Source: Ascoidea asiatica JCM 7603 | Lineage: Eukaryota; Fungi; Ascomycota | NCBI GenBank assembly: GCA_001600695.1 | Contig: BCKQ01000005.1 | Coordinates: 983,820 to 1,047,819, forward strand | Length of the DNA stretch: 64,000 nucleotides | Reading direction: 5' to 3' | Shown here: positions 31,874 through 44,628 of the stretch, in pieces | Layout: each line of letters begins with the position of its first letter | Numbering within the stretch: position 1 is the stretch's first letter | The notes under the pieces: generated by a model | The model's database searches: none | What the model saw: the letters and a program-made list of their open reading frames with translations, nothing else | Told to the model about the DNA's origin: nothing | Program-made: the position numbers and the translations under genes

Positions 31874-33448
31874 ATGAGTTCAATTACTTCCAAAGAACAA
31901 AGTAGTGAACCAAAAGATTTAAGTAATGGTGAAGTTTTTGACATTTCCCAAACTGAAAAAGGTGAAACCGAAGATTTAAGTCATGATTTATCTGAAGTTC
32001 ATACCGATCCAATTTTAGCTAAAAAATTACATTTAATTAATGATGCAATTGATGGAATCGGTTTCACTTGGTATCATGGTACCTTATTCTGTATTGCAGG
32101 TTTTGGTTATTCAGCTGATTCTCAATTAGAAATGGTTGCAAGTTCCGTTAAAACTTATGTCAATTATCAATTTAACATTGATTTCCCTGTTTGTATGGAA
32201 GTCTTCTATGGTGGTTTAATTGCAGGTTCAATCTTTTGGGGTTTCGGAGGTGATATAATTGGTAGAAAAATTGCCTTTAATTGGTCTTTATTTTTTGCAG
32301 CCTTATTTGGTTTTCTCACTGGTGCTATGTCTTCTTATCCAATGTATTGTATTATGTTATTCTTTATGGCCTTTTCTGCTGGTGGTAATATTGCTTTAGA
32401 TGTTGCCGTTTTTATGGAATATTTACCTCATAAATATCAATGGTTAAATACAGCAATGGCACTTTGGTGGCAAGTTGGTATGACTATTGCAAATTTATTA
32501 GCTTGGGCTTGTATTCCAACTCGTAGTTGTTTAAGTCCTGATGACTGTCCATCAGAAATTAACAGGGGATGGAGATATACATGGTATACAAATTCTGCAA
32601 TTGTTATGTTTTGTGCTTTATGCCGTTTATTTTGGTTTAAATTAGATGAAACTCCAAAATATTTAGTTACAAGAAATAAAGATAAAGAAGCTGTTGAATC
32701 TTTAAGAAAAATTGCTGAGAAATACAATAGACCTTTCACCCTTACTGTTGAACAATTACAAGCATGTGGAGAAGTAACTGTTGTCAATGATATTTCAAAA
32801 GGTTTTCATTTCAGAGAATTCTGTTCTGAAATTTTCAAACATCTTAAAATCTTATTTGCTAACCCTGTTGTTGCAAGATCAACTACTTTACTTTTCTGGT
32901 CATGGGGTATTATCGGTTTAGGTTATTCCATTTTCTACAATTTCTTATATATTTATATTGCATCTCATGGTGGTGATACTAGTGCTTCAACATTTATTAC
33001 CTACAGAAATTCAACGATTGCCAATTTTGTAGGTTTATTCGGTCCAATATTTGCAGCAGGTTTGATTCAAGTTAAATGCATTGGTCGTCGTGGTACTTTA
33101 GGTATTGGTGCATTAAGTACAATGGCAATTTTATTCGGTTATACAACAGTTAGAACCCAAGAAGGTGATGCAGGTTTCTCTTCTGCAACTTATTTACTTG
33201 TCAATATTTATTATGCCACTTTATACTCTTATACCCCAGAAATTTTACCAACAAGTGCAAGAACTACCGGTGTAGCTGTATGTTTGGTTGTTTGCAGAGT
33301 TTTTGGTAGTATGAGTCCAGTTGTTTATTATTTTGGTGCAAAGAGTGGTTCTGCAGTTCCAATCTGGGTATGTGGTGCAATGATTGGTGCTTTAGGTTTT
33401 ATTGCAATGGGTTTACCTTTTGAGCCAAGTAAACAACGTTCCCTTTAG
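31874..33448 (+). CDS. Major facilitator superfamily transporter (SV2/SVOP-like fungal family)
   Basis: About 12 hydrophobic segments, motif A-like GDIIGRK and IGRRGT, ETPKYL and YTPEILPTSARTTG. Confidence 0.9.
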   Translation: MSSITSKEQSSEPKDLSNGEVFDISQTEKGETEDLSHDLSEVHTDPILAKKLHLINDAIDGIGFTWYHGTLFCIAGFGYSADSQLEMVASSVKTYVNYQFNIDFPVCMEVFYGGLIAGSIFWGFGGDIIGRKIAFNWSLFFAALFGFLTGAMSSYPMYCIMLFFMAFSAGGNIALDVAVFMEYLPHKYQWLNTAMALWWQVGMTIANLLAWACIPTRSCLSPDDCPSEINRGWRYTWYTNSAIVMFCALCRLFWFKLDETPKYLVTRNKDKEAVESLRKIAEKYNRPFTLTVEQLQACGEVTVVNDISKGFHFREFCSEIFKHLKILFANPVVARSTTLLFWSWGIIGLGYSIFYNFLYIYIASHGGDTSASTFITYRNSTIANFVGLFGPIFAAGLIQVKCIGRRGTLGIGALSTMAILFGYTTVRTQEGDAGFSSATYLLVNIYYATLYSYTPEILPTSARTTGVAVCLVVCRVFGSMSPVVYYFGAKSGSAVPIWVCGAMIGALGFIAMGLPFEPSKQRSL

Positions 33449-34887
33449 AGAATTATTTTCCTCATGTTGGAACATTTCTCATTTTTCAATTCACTTTTTT
33501 CTCTTCATTTTATTCTTTCGAATTTTTTTTATAAATTTTAACAAGTTAATTATGTTTCTCAAACAATAAACAATTTTTTCACTCTTAAAACTCATTATTT
33601 ATTTTCCTAAAAGATTGCCTTCATCGAGGCCAGAAATGTGGATCCTTTTCATGGTCCAATAAACAGGTTACCCTCAAATTTAGGTCCCTACCATGAAACT
33701 GGTAAAAAGAGAATTTCTGAATCACAAAACAAGCTTTCGAATGAGATTTATTTTAAACAAGGAACATTAAACAATAGAGGTAATAAAAGTATTAATTTTT
33801 ATCATAGCCAAATTTAAACTAAAAAATTACACTATAAATTAGCAGAAAGAAAGATTGATATTAATTCTAAAAAAAGCTCCCATTATTTGTGTCAGAAAAT
33901 ACATTTTAATGCTTTTAAATAGAGTTGGATAATACTTTAAATTTTATTAATTATATACTAATTTGACTTCTATTTTGAAAAAGGTACTATTTCTCTTGCT
34001 TGAATATCAGATTTTCTCATCAATAGCTTATATCTGAATAACTTTTACTCTGATGATTTAAAAGAAGTTTTTACTTTTTTAAAAAAAGAGCCTGTCAATC
34101 AATTAACAACAGAAGTGAAATAAATAATCAATATTCAGAGAAAGTCCTCGCTTGGACAAGCTATAGGCCTTTTTTTTTTCCCCCAATCAATTATCTCAGT
34201 AGGCATGTTTTAGTCTATGAAAATTGCAGCTATAAGCAACAAAGTCCACATTATTCTCAAGACGACTTTTGTGGGTAGAACAACACAAATATTGAATGAT
34301 TCTTATATTTTGGTTTAACAGTATTACCACTGATTTGAGCTAAGACAACCATAATACTTTCAAATAGCTTATTTAACAAAAATGCCCAGGAATCACCTGT
34401 TGGTCTTTTCTTCTTACCAAAAGCTTTTAATTAAGGAAAGTAAATCCAAAAATATTGAACTCTATGATCTTACTCTTTTAATAATCCAATCAAAAAACTG
34501 TTTTTTCGAATAGATTAATTTTTCTTTGAAGAAGTTCGACTTTTTCATGAGATACATTTTTTTACTATCGGCAGCTTTCTAATCAATAAAATAGGTAAAA
34601 TTTTGATAATCAAAAGTAACTTTTGGAAAATTAACGGTTTTATCTTCAATAAAAAAAAAAACTTTTTAAGGTTGCTACTTAACTTTTAAAGCGTAAAGAA
34701 GGGAATCATGCATTGTTCAAATAGTTAATTAAAAAAAAGATTGCTTTTCAGTTTGAAAAGCAATGAAGAAAATGAAGTTATTTGGAGAAATTATAAATGA
34801 AATAATAAATAATAAAAAAAAAGGGTTTAAGTCATGAGAATTGAAAAGATGAAATGACAAATTAAAAACAGATAAAAACAGGTATAA

Positions 34888-36603
34888 TCAAATTATATAA
34901 CCAATTGAATGTTCATATATCCATGATATGTCTTTCTTACCTTCTGCTTTTCTAGCTGCTTTCTTTTCAGCCTCTTCACGGAGGAATTCTTCTTCTTCTT
35001 TATCAATAACATCTTTTCCTGAATATAAATCTGCTTCACTTGGATTTACTCTCTTTGATTTCATTATTACTTTATATCCAATATTCCAAATCAAGAAAAG
35101 TGGAATACCAATATAACCAGTAATAAAAGATTTATAATCAAAATCATCACCAATAAAAACAGTAAAATTTTTGATAAGGGCAATAAGAATACATAATACT
35201 AATGCAAAATATGTAGCATATGGTTGACAAGGAGATTTATATAATAATGAATTACGGTCAATACCTTGTGCTTTTAAAGCTTGCATGAAACCAATATGAC
35301 TTAATAATACACTAATCCATTTCATAACACCTAAAGATGATATACATGATACAAAATATCCAAAGATAGTATCAGCATCTTCATTGACGCACATAAACCC
35401 TAAGAGACTGAACAGAATAGCAAGCGCTAAAGCATAAACTGGAACACCTCTTTTGTTGGTATACATAAAAAATTTTGGAGCTTGACCTCTGTTAGCTAAT
35501 GAATATAATGTTCTTGAACAATTATAAATACCTGTGTTACCAGAAGAGAAACAGAAAAGTAAAAGAGATGCATTAATAAAGTGATCTAAACCATTGATTT
35601 TACTGTTCTTAACAGCAACGACAAATGGAGATGCAGCTGCAGAAGTTGTTGAACTGGTTGCTTTTGCTAATAATGGATCATTGTAGGCAACATTCATACC
35701 TAACAATAATGTACATATAACATAAAAGAAAATAATACGATAGAAACTTAATTTAACAGCTCTTGGAATATTTTTTCTTGGATTTTGTGCTTCACCAACT
35801 AAAGTACCAACTGCTTCAATACCTAGATATGCAAAAACAGCATTGACTAAAGAAGATGTAAAGGCAACAAATCTACCAGTGTCACCTTTTATATGAACAT
35901 CCCCACTTTTATATTCAGCAAATGCACCGGGATTTTTCCAATATCTGAAACCTTTTCTATCATGATCTGGACCCCCACCTAACATTAAGATAAACATTAA
36001 AAACATAATAAGTAAAATAACTACAATTTTAACGGCACACATCCAAAATTCAACCTCACCATACCATTTAATACCAAAATAATTGATAATACTTGCAAGA
36101 ACAATCATTATAGCAACCCAAACACCAGCATTTACAGTATCAGTTGGAACCCAATAATTCATAACCATAGCACCTGCAACGAATTCATCACCTGGAGATA
36201 ATAAACCACCAGCTGCAACTGTCCAGCCAAAAGCAAAACCTAAACAAGGATCGACATAACGATTAGCATAACCAGTATAACTCTGACGAATTGGAAGATA
36301 AGTTGCCATTTCACCAATGGCTGTCATAACAATTGTAACTAAGAAACCAACAAGACTATAACTGATAAAAAGAGAACCTGGACCAGCTTTTTTCAATACC
36401 TTACCAGTACCAATTAATAAACCTACACCCAATGCACCACAAATGGCTATAAGAGATAAATGTCTTGCTTTTAAACTTCTATCCAATGCATTATCAGCAT
36501 ATTTGGATTCTATATTTATATTTCCTCTTTCAATATCTGTTGATTCAGAGGCATCATTAACACCAACATCATAAACTTTTTTTTCATCCATACTAGAAGT
36601 CAT
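34888..36603 (-). CDS. Yeast amino acid permease (APC/YAT family), Dip5-like
   Basis: LKARHLSLIAICGALGVGLLIG, GEVEFW, GGGPDHDRKGFRYWKNPGAF and GEAQNPRKNIPRA. Confidence 0.92.
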   Translation of the reverse strand: MTSSMDEKKVYDVGVNDASESTDIERGNINIESKYADNALDRSLKARHLSLIAICGALGVGLLIGTGKVLKKAGPGSLFISYSLVGFLVTIVMTAIGEMATYLPIRQSYTGYANRYVDPCLGFAFGWTVAAGGLLSPGDEFVAGAMVMNYWVPTDTVNAGVWVAIMIVLASIINYFGIKWYGEVEFWMCAVKIVVILLIMFLMFILMLGGGPDHDRKGFRYWKNPGAFAEYKSGDVHIKGDTGRFVAFTSSLVNAVFAYLGIEAVGTLVGEAQNPRKNIPRAVKLSFYRIIFFYVICTLLLGMNVAYNDPLLAKATSSTTSAAASPFVVAVKNSKINGLDHFINASLLLFCFSSGNTGIYNCSRTLYSLANRGQAPKFFMYTNKRGVPVYALALAILFSLLGFMCVNEDADTIFGYFVSCISSLGVMKWISVLLSHIGFMQALKAQGIDRNSLLYKSPCQPYATYFALVLCILIALIKNFTVFIGDDFDYKSFITGYIGIPLFLIWNIGYKVIMKSKRVNPSEADLYSGKDVIDKEEEEFLREEAEKKAARKAEGKKDISWIYEHSIGYII

Positions 36604-39600
36604 AGTTAAAATTATTCTGATTATAAAGATCCAATATTACCTATTTTATGAATTTGTATTTTTATACTCTTTAAAAAAAAAAAATTCTTTCAAAATATTA
36701 AATATTATTATAATATTAAATTATTTCAAAAAAATATAGATAACTCAACTATAGTTTTAATTGTAACTTTATACTATTTTTTGATTAATTCTAATTTAAC
36801 TACTTTTATTTTAATTAATTATTTTTTAGTATGAATAATAAAAAAAGGAGTAATAATCAAAAAAGTTAAGAAATTCTCGATTATTTAAGTCTTTTGGAAT
36901 AGCAATTAATTTTTTAAAGAGTATTCAAATATGAATCTTCTCTGTTGCTTTAATAGCCATATTATTCTTAGGGCATTTGCAATTTTGTTTATCTCCATTA
37001 TTCATCTTTGGAGGGCAGTTCGAGTTGATATCAACTAACTAGTTGTAGTGAATTTTACCATTGTTTATTGCAGACACTGTAAGCTTCATTGAGTAAATAA
37101 CATTGGGTTATGAAAATCAAAATCATATTTGAAGAGTTTAGATATTATTTGTTTTAACAGTTTTTTTGATAAAGTATGGTATGTAGGAAGATTATTTTAT
37201 GTCCTTATCTATTTCAAGCTTGCTTACCTTTACTACTGGTACAAATAATACTTTAACTCCTTCAAATTTAGATTAACATAAAGTTTAATATAAAAAATAT
37301 ATCAATACATTGATTAATTTAATCACTAAGTGCAATTGGCTAAGAGATTATAATAGTTTTATTACAATTTCAAAATCTTCTTAATATTAATATCTGGTCT
37401 GCCTGTCTTTATTTTATGAATACCTTTCTCTAACAATTTATAAAAATTGATAAAAAAATTAGAGACTAAAGTACTTTTTTTGAGAGCAGAAAAATAAATG
37501 TTTTAAATTTCTAGGAAATTTTAACTAAAATTTTGTTGAAGACCCTGGAATGATAGTGAAAAACTATTCGGTATCAAATTTTGTTTAATGTAATCGAATT
37601 ATGATATTATTTTTTTTTTCAACTCATAGCCTTACGAAATATAGATTATGAATGATCTTTGATTAGATAAATTTTTCAACTAGAAATGTAAAATCAAATA
37701 TCATGGAGTATATTGGCGTATATTGGTGTATATTTCAAGATGTTAAACAATTTGATGTTGCTATTTGTTTCAACTAAAACCTCATAATATGCAATCTTGA
37801 AATAAAAATTCTTTACAAGTAATGGTCCACTATTAGTATAAAATATACTTATCTGCATTAAGTTTTACAGAAGTACTAATTATTATCTAAGCAAATCAAA
37901 AAGTAATTTCAGCATAAAGAAAGAGAAAAAAGGGCCAGAAAAATAAGAAAAAACAAGAAATTTTTCCCTAAGATTAACCTTATAACTTGTTGTACTTTAC
38001 AATATTGTAATACAATTTAAAAGTTAATTGACTGGAATTACTGAAAAGTATTCAGCCTAACAAAGAGAAAGTTAATTGAATATTTTCCTTTCAAATGAAA
38101 ATTTGCAACTATTACTGTGGGTAGTAAGCAGAAATATATTTCAAAAGAGAAAGTAAAACCATTTATTTTTATTTTGAATATCATGAGAATAAATGTAATT
38201 TTTAGGTTGTACTTTTTTTTTTGTGGCGTACTGTACATTTTTTGAATCCCGAAATGTGTATGAATAGCTTGAATTTATGAAAAATATATCAAAAAGTCTT
38301 GGAAATCGAGTTACTTTATGAGTAAAATGTAAAATATTATTCTTAATTTTAACGTAAAACCACTTCAGTGTGGTAAAATGAATTGAAAAATATGTTAAAA
38401 ATATAGAGAAGGTTAGGCAAGTAAGCAACTGTACACTTGTTTCGTAATGTAAGCCTTCAGTGAATGATAAAAGCTTGAAAATAATTTACAGGTAAGCATT
38501 AATTCTTTACTGTCTTTAGAAGCGAATATCTTTCTTAAGTCAGCCACTTCTGGTAATTGAAAAAAAAGTTACTCTTTATCAAAATTTGAAATTAAATAAA
38601 AATTCACATACAATTTTAGATTTGAACTCATATCTGAATACATTTTACACTAATTGTTACAGGAAACTTTGAATATAGAAGAGTAAAGTTTCTAGGCGGA
38701 AAACAAGACAAAACTTAATCAAAAAACATAAAACATTCGGGGTTTTTGATAACATATTTTCGCTATATCATCATATCAGCCAGGAGATTTTCATTCAGGC
38801 AAAATTATTTTCTTATCACAAAATAAATATTATGGCCGAGTTTGAAATAGCATACTGTGGTATATTTACCTTACTGTGGTATATTTACAAAGAGAAAAAT
38901 GGTGGTAAAATGCTAAAGAAATCGTGCTGAATTTGTAATTACCCGAGAAGATTTTTACTAGGTTGGGATTAAAAAAAAATTATGGTAAGAAAGGAAGGTT
39001 TTTTATTTTACTGTTGAAGACTTTCGTATGGTTCTTTCTTGATTTTCAATAAATCTTTAATTATTTTGCAATGTTATGTTTGAGAAATTTACTTCTTTCA
39101 ACGGTTAGACGTTGTGTTTTAGACTAATTATTGGTAGAAAATTATTTAGAAAAAAATGAGCTAGAATATTTAAATCAAAATATTATTAGAAGCAAGAAAA
39201 TTAGCAATGGTTTCCTACTATTTTTTTTGTTTTGCATTGAGCTATTTGTTTTATTAGAAATAATAATCTTCAAAATGATATTGATTAATTTTTTTTTTGA
39301 ATAGACTTATATTCAGGGTAAAGCTTAGCTGCGAAGACGCTATTTCAACTGTTCACGTTGCATTTCCCTATTCATAAAATGAGCAGTGAATATTTACTTA
39401 ACCTGATTTTGAAAAAAGTATGATAAGTAAGGTATCATTGCAATAAAATTGATTAAGGTAGTGATTACAATTCTGACTATGGTAATGAATATGTTATTAA
39501 ATTGTATTGATGATCTTTGTACACTCAATTTTTCTGTTCTACAAAATGTTGCATTATTATTTGTCAGTTTTGTTATTTTATTTATTTTTATCCTTGTTCT

Positions 39601-41319
39601 TTCTCTTTTTCTGATAACGATTCCCTTTTTAGAGGTTGAAGTAAATAAATAACGTATTTTATTTGATAATTTCGAATAATTATTATTTGTGTATTTGTTA
39701 TTGAGAATTCAAAACATGCTTTTAAAATACTAGTCGAGTAGTGATAACATTTTAAGATAGTATGTAGATATAAAGCTTATAATATAAAGTATAAGCTTTT
39801 TTTAGGTCCAACTTAAAATAAATTGTTAACCTTAAATCAGTTAACTGAATCATTTATTTTTTTAGAAATTGTTAATTATTTGATTTTTTGATAGTTAAAT
39901 TTGGGAAGTTGTAAAGTAATATTTTTTTAACTCAAGTTTTGTAATTGTTAATATGAGTTGCCGGATGCTTTGTCTCAAAAGAATTACTTTTCATTTTAGT
40001 TCTGTAATTAAAAAACTTTTGCTTTTAATAATTTTACTTTTCTTATCTGATTTTATTATAAAAATTCCGAAACTGGTTATTAAACGAAAAATAATCACTT
40101 TTAATTCAAATAAAGGGCAGCCATGGAAAACCATATTGAAATATAAAATAAATTTGCTATAGCAATTAAAAAAGCCTTAAATATGTTAATACACAGTATT
40201 TAATATGGTAGCGAAATAAAGAAGTCGAGTAATTTGAATTCTCATATTCACATTCATACTCTTTGAGAGTATGAATTTATTGCAAAAGTAAAATCTTTTT
40301 AACCTTATGATAATCTCGAATTTTATTGAGTAAAAACAAAGAAAAAAAATATTTCTTTAAAGTGTGAATTCTAGTGTTTCTACCCCAGTTGAAAGATAAT
40401 AAATGAAAAACCACAAAAGTATAAATTGGACTCAAATGCTTACTTTCTTTCCTTCTCTTTTTTCCTAAAATGAATCTGTTGATAATGATTTTTTTTTTTT
40501 TTACTTGGCTTTGAAAAAAATATAGACTCGGAGTTATGCCTTAGATTTTTTTGTCGTTTTTGAAATTAGTATTGCTTACAAGAAAAATACATAACATTGA
40601 ATTACTATGGCATACCAAAAAATTGAGCCTTCCTCCTGAAGCATCTTCTAGTTTTTCCAGCTGTTATTCTGATGAATCTGTTGATTTTGGTGATTCTGAT
40701 GATGGAGATGCTGGTGCTTCTGCTTATGTTCCAGTCCAGATGAAAAAGAGTGGGGGTGGGGCTCACGGCTAGAAGTGTTTAAAAGTTCCAGAGTTATGGT
40801 CTCCTTTGGAAAAGCGCGCAGAATTTATTTAGCACGCAACCTGGCAAAAATTGGTGGCGTGAAAAGTGCGTTTCAAAATAAGTTAAAAAGTGCGTCTCGA
40901 TTTGAGATCATATTACCGGAACTCGCCTATTGACCGGACTTTTCCTCGGAAGTAGCTACTTGCCTTTTGAGGTTAAGCCTTTATTTACAGTGTTCTGCCG
41001 AAAACACCCACTCAGTTGAATCTATGCTTCATTTGTTGAGGGATTGATCCATTATTGGAATTTTAATCATCAAATTCATCAAAATTACATAAAAAATAAG
41101 AATTAAAACAATGAATCTTTCATTTATATGATAATTAATTAATTGATGATGGTTATTGATTGCAAACTAGTTATATAAAGGAAGTATCTTAAATCATTTA
41201 ACCTTTTGTATCAGCTACTCTGAAACATTTCATAACTAATTGACTTGAAATTATTTTGTATACTGGACAGAAATCATTCATAATTGAAAAGAAAAGAAAA
41301 TAACTTCAATTTTAATGAT

Positions 41320-43335
41320 ATGATATCTCAATCTCAACTACCAATTACTGGTAATGAATCAACTTTAAAGACTTTCTTAAAGAAAAGAATAAAAATATAT
41401 AGAAGATTCAGTATTCAATTATGGTTAGTTCTTTTACTCCTCTTTTTATCTATATATTATACTTTACCTTCAATAATAAGTTCTGGAAATGATAAATTTT
41501 TAAACAATAATAATATTAATAATAATAATAAGAATACTGAGAATTCCAATGACAATAATAAAATAATAATTGATGGTAAACATATAGATTTGAATGATTT
41601 TACTAATTTTAAAATTCAATCAAATAATATTCAAGATAAAAAATTTTTAAGTAATTTAAATTATGATCAAAAATTTGATATTTATGATAATTTTGATGAA
41701 GATAAAAGAGAAAAAGAAAGATTAGACAAATTAAATTCGTTTAGAAAAGAATCTGGTGAAATTGATGAAAGAAAAATTGATAAAAATTTATTAAAACCTA
41801 TAAAAAAAGAAAAAAATTCAAATAGATATTTTTTCTCAAAATTTGATCAACCTTTTCAAATTGGTTGTCTTGATATAAATGAAATTGAAAAAAAATATCC
41901 AAAAGATTCAAGAGCAAACGCTGTTATTATTGTTTTAGCTAGAAATCAAGAATTAAATGATATTATAAAATCAATGAATTCTTTTGAATCTCATTTTAAT
42001 CAATGGTTTAATTATCCTTATGTTTTTTTAAATGATGAATTATTTAATGATGAATTTAAAATAAATGTTCAAAAAAATACAAATTCAAAAATTGAATTTG
42101 GTTTAATAGATTCAAGTTTATGGGATTTTAAAATTGGTTATTTACCAGATTTATCAGATGAAGAAAATTTATTAGAAAAAAAAATTTTCAAAGAAAATAT
42201 TCAAAATCAAGGTGATAGAGGTATACTTTATGGTTTAATGGAATCTTATCATAAAATGTGTAGATTTTATTCAGGAAATTTCTATAAACATCCTTTATTA
42301 AAAAAATTCAAATGGTATTGGAGATTAGAACCTGATATTGATTTTTATTGTGATTTAACTTATGATCCATTTATTGAAATGGAAAAAAATAATAAAAAAT
42401 ATGGTTTTAATATATTTATAAAAGAATTAACTTATACAATTCCAAATTTATTTAGATATACTCAAAGTTTTATTAAAAAAAATGAAATTAAAACTCAAAA
42501 TGCTTGGAATTTATTTGTTGATCAAATGAATAATTTTAAATTTAAAGATAAAAAACAAAATGGAATTTATAAAAATTTTTATGATAAAAATGAATTAAAT
42601 GATTATATTAAACAACAAATTGAAATAAATCATTTAGTTGAAACTGCAGAAAAAAATAAAATTAAAAAAGATTCAAAAATTGATGAAAAACTTTTAAATA
42701 AATTAATTGAAAAATCTTCAAGATATTCATTACCTGATGTACCAAGTGATTATTTTAATAATGAAGAATATAATTTTTGTCATTTTTGGTCAAATTTTGA
42801 AATTGCAAGATTTGATATTTGGGATAATGAATTATATAATCAATATTTTGAATATTTAGATTTAAAAGGTAAAGGATTTTATAAAGAAAGATGGGGTGAT
42901 GCACCTGTTCATACCTTAGGTATTGGAATGTTTTTAAATATAAGTGATATACATTATTTTAGAGATATTGGATATAGACATACAACTTTAGCTCATTGTC
43001 CTTCAAATTCATTTGATAATCAAATTAAATTATCAAATGGTAAATCATTTGATAAACCTAAAAAAAATGGTATAGGATGTAGATGTAAATGTCCCAAATT
43101 AAGAGAAGTTGAAAATGCTGGGGGATCATGTATAAATGATTGGATTAGAATAAATAAAGATCTTGAAAATGGTAATTTTGATAATAAATTGAATAAATTT
43201 GAAAAAAATTATGATGTTAATAAAAAAATTAATGAAATTGAACAAGAATATAGAAAATATGTTTTAAGTGGAGGAGCAGAAGAAGGTAAAATCGATGATG
43301 AAGTTATATTACCAAATGGAGAAATAGTTAGCTAA
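41320..43335 (+). CDS. GT15 (Kre2/Ktr) mannosyltransferase, Ktr5/Ktr7-like
   Basis: Type II TM anchor, LARNQEL, YHKMCRFYSG, YWRLEPD, CHFWSNFEI and ERWGDAPVH. First ATG at 41320. Confidence 0.92.
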   Translation: MISQSQLPITGNESTLKTFLKKRIKIYRRFSIQLWLVLLLLFLSIYYTLPSIISSGNDKFLNNNNINNNNKNTENSNDNNKIIIDGKHIDLNDFTNFKIQSNNIQDKKFLSNLNYDQKFDIYDNFDEDKREKERLDKLNSFRKESGEIDERKIDKNLLKPIKKEKNSNRYFFSKFDQPFQIGCLDINEIEKKYPKDSRANAVIIVLARNQELNDIIKSMNSFESHFNQWFNYPYVFLNDELFNDEFKINVQKNTNSKIEFGLIDSSLWDFKIGYLPDLSDEENLLEKKIFKENIQNQGDRGILYGLMESYHKMCRFYSGNFYKHPLLKKFKWYWRLEPDIDFYCDLTYDPFIEMEKNNKKYGFNIFIKELTYTIPNLFRYTQSFIKKNEIKTQNAWNLFVDQMNNFKFKDKKQNGIYKNFYDKNELNDYIKQQIEINHLVETAEKNKIKKDSKIDEKLLNKLIEKSSRYSLPDVPSDYFNNEEYNFCHFWSNFEIARFDIWDNELYNQYFEYLDLKGKGFYKERWGDAPVHTLGIGMFLNISDIHYFRDIGYRHTTLAHCPSNSFDNQIKLSNGKSFDKPKKNGIGCRCKCPKLREVENAGGSCINDWIRINKDLENGNFDNKLNKFEKNYDVNKKINEIEQEYRKYVLSGGAEEGKIDDEVILPNGEIVS

Positions 43336-43579
43336 AATTGATTAGAAATAAATATACATGAAATTTATATAGAATAAATAGAGATAGAAAGTGGATTGAA
43401 AGATATTTATTGCTTTTATTTTACTTACATTAAAGTAGAATATAAAGTAGAATTATAAATAATGATGCATTATAATATCGTTCTTTTATATATATAGATA
43501 ATTATATACATTCATGGATTATGTACAAAAAAAATTATTAATTGAGTTAATTTATTTTATTTCAAAGTAGGTTGGTTTA

Positions 43580-44062
43580 TTATGATCTTGCTCTACAAAG
43601 AACTAATCCACCTTTATTTCTTTTAGCAGCTTCTTGCAATTCAACAATATCCTTTGAATCTTCTAATTTTACTAAGATTATTTCACCTGGTTGTAAAGGT
43701 TTTATTTCTTTAATAATTAAACCACTACTTAAACTTTTAATTTCTAAATTTGATAAATTGAATTTTTGATTTGGTTTTGAAATTAATGAAAGTTTTTTTA
43801 AAACCGGTTTATTATTTCTATATTTCAAATTAAGCCAGATTCTTCTTGTTGCAATATTATCTGGAGTTATTTCAATATTTTGATTTGGATCATCTGGTTT
43901 TATTACTGAACCTTTAGCTATTGATGATAAAAAACCTTCTTTATATAAGTGAAATGCAACATTTAAGTTTAATCTAGATAATGGAATCTTTGTCAAAGTT
44001 ATATTACGCTGAGCGCAGTTTTGTAAATGAGAACAAACATTAGCTAGTCTCACCAAAGACAT
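43580..44062 (-). CDS. MRPS8: Mitochondrial ribosomal protein uS8m
   Basis: MSLVRLANVCSHLQNC, ITPDNIATRRIWLNLKYR and GGLVLCR. Confidence 0.95.
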   Translation of the reverse strand: MSLVRLANVCSHLQNCAQRNITLTKIPLSRLNLNVAFHLYKEGFLSSIAKGSVIKPDDPNQNIEITPDNIATRRIWLNLKYRNNKPVLKKLSLISKPNQKFNLSNLEIKSLSSGLIIKEIKPLQPGEIILVKLEDSKDIVELQEAAKRNKGGLVLCRARS

Positions 44063-44406
44063 CTTGATACTGAATTGGATTTTTTGTTTTAAATTAACTT
44101 CTTAAATGAATTTATTTAATGATCTTGGATAATCAGAAATGAAGAATCTCATCAATTTCAACCCAAAACCTTTAATGATTATTTCAATAAATACTTTCAC
44201 GCCAATTTGAAAAAAACGCACCCGCTCAAACACAGAAAAACAAAAGAAAAGACGGAATTCACTTAGCATGTGACTCAGATGTATAAATACTAAATACAAA
44301 ATACACCCTCGTATTTTATCCAATAAAAAAACAATTAAAATTGGTCGGAATTCAAAAAATGTAATTTTTGTATTGTGTTTTGAAAAGCAAAAAAGTTCAT
44401 CAAAAT

Positions 44407-44480
44407 GGTTCGTTGGTCTAGTTGGTTATGGCATCTGCTTAACACGCAGAACGTCCCCAGTTCGATCCTGGGACGAATCA
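44407..44480 (+). tRNA. tRNA-Val(AAC)
   Basis: Close match to yeast tRNA-Val(AAC), with the anticodon at 44441-44443, GTTCGATCC B box and a following T5. Confidence 0.97.
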
Positions 44481-44628
44481 TTTTTATATACTATATAACT
44501 ACTTGTTGTAAGTTTCAGAATACAAATTTTCTGAAGCTTTTTTTTAAATCTCATTCGTTTAGAGAAGTTGAAGAAACAAAAAAAATATTCAATTAAAAAA
44601 ATCTATAGATTAAAAAATAGTTACAATC

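Noticed and set aside
33611-33754. Stop-to-stop frame KIAFIEARNVDPFHGP... as a pseudogene fragment
   Set aside because: No start codon, under 50 codons, and no family recognised.
40551-40772. 73-aa ORF with codon-like periodicity, and an Sm-like AATTTTTTGG on the minus strand near 40615
   Set aside because: It has a TTG start and low-complexity triplets like other intergenic patches, and no snRNA or telomerase RNA features accompany the Sm-like motif.
41144-41223. Possible C/D snoRNA (TGATGA...ATCAGCTACT-CTGA, about 10-nt complementarity to large-subunit rRNA)
   Set aside because: The guide is short with a G-U pair, there is no terminal stem, and it overlaps the probable TATA box of the KTR gene. 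A snoscan run would be needed.
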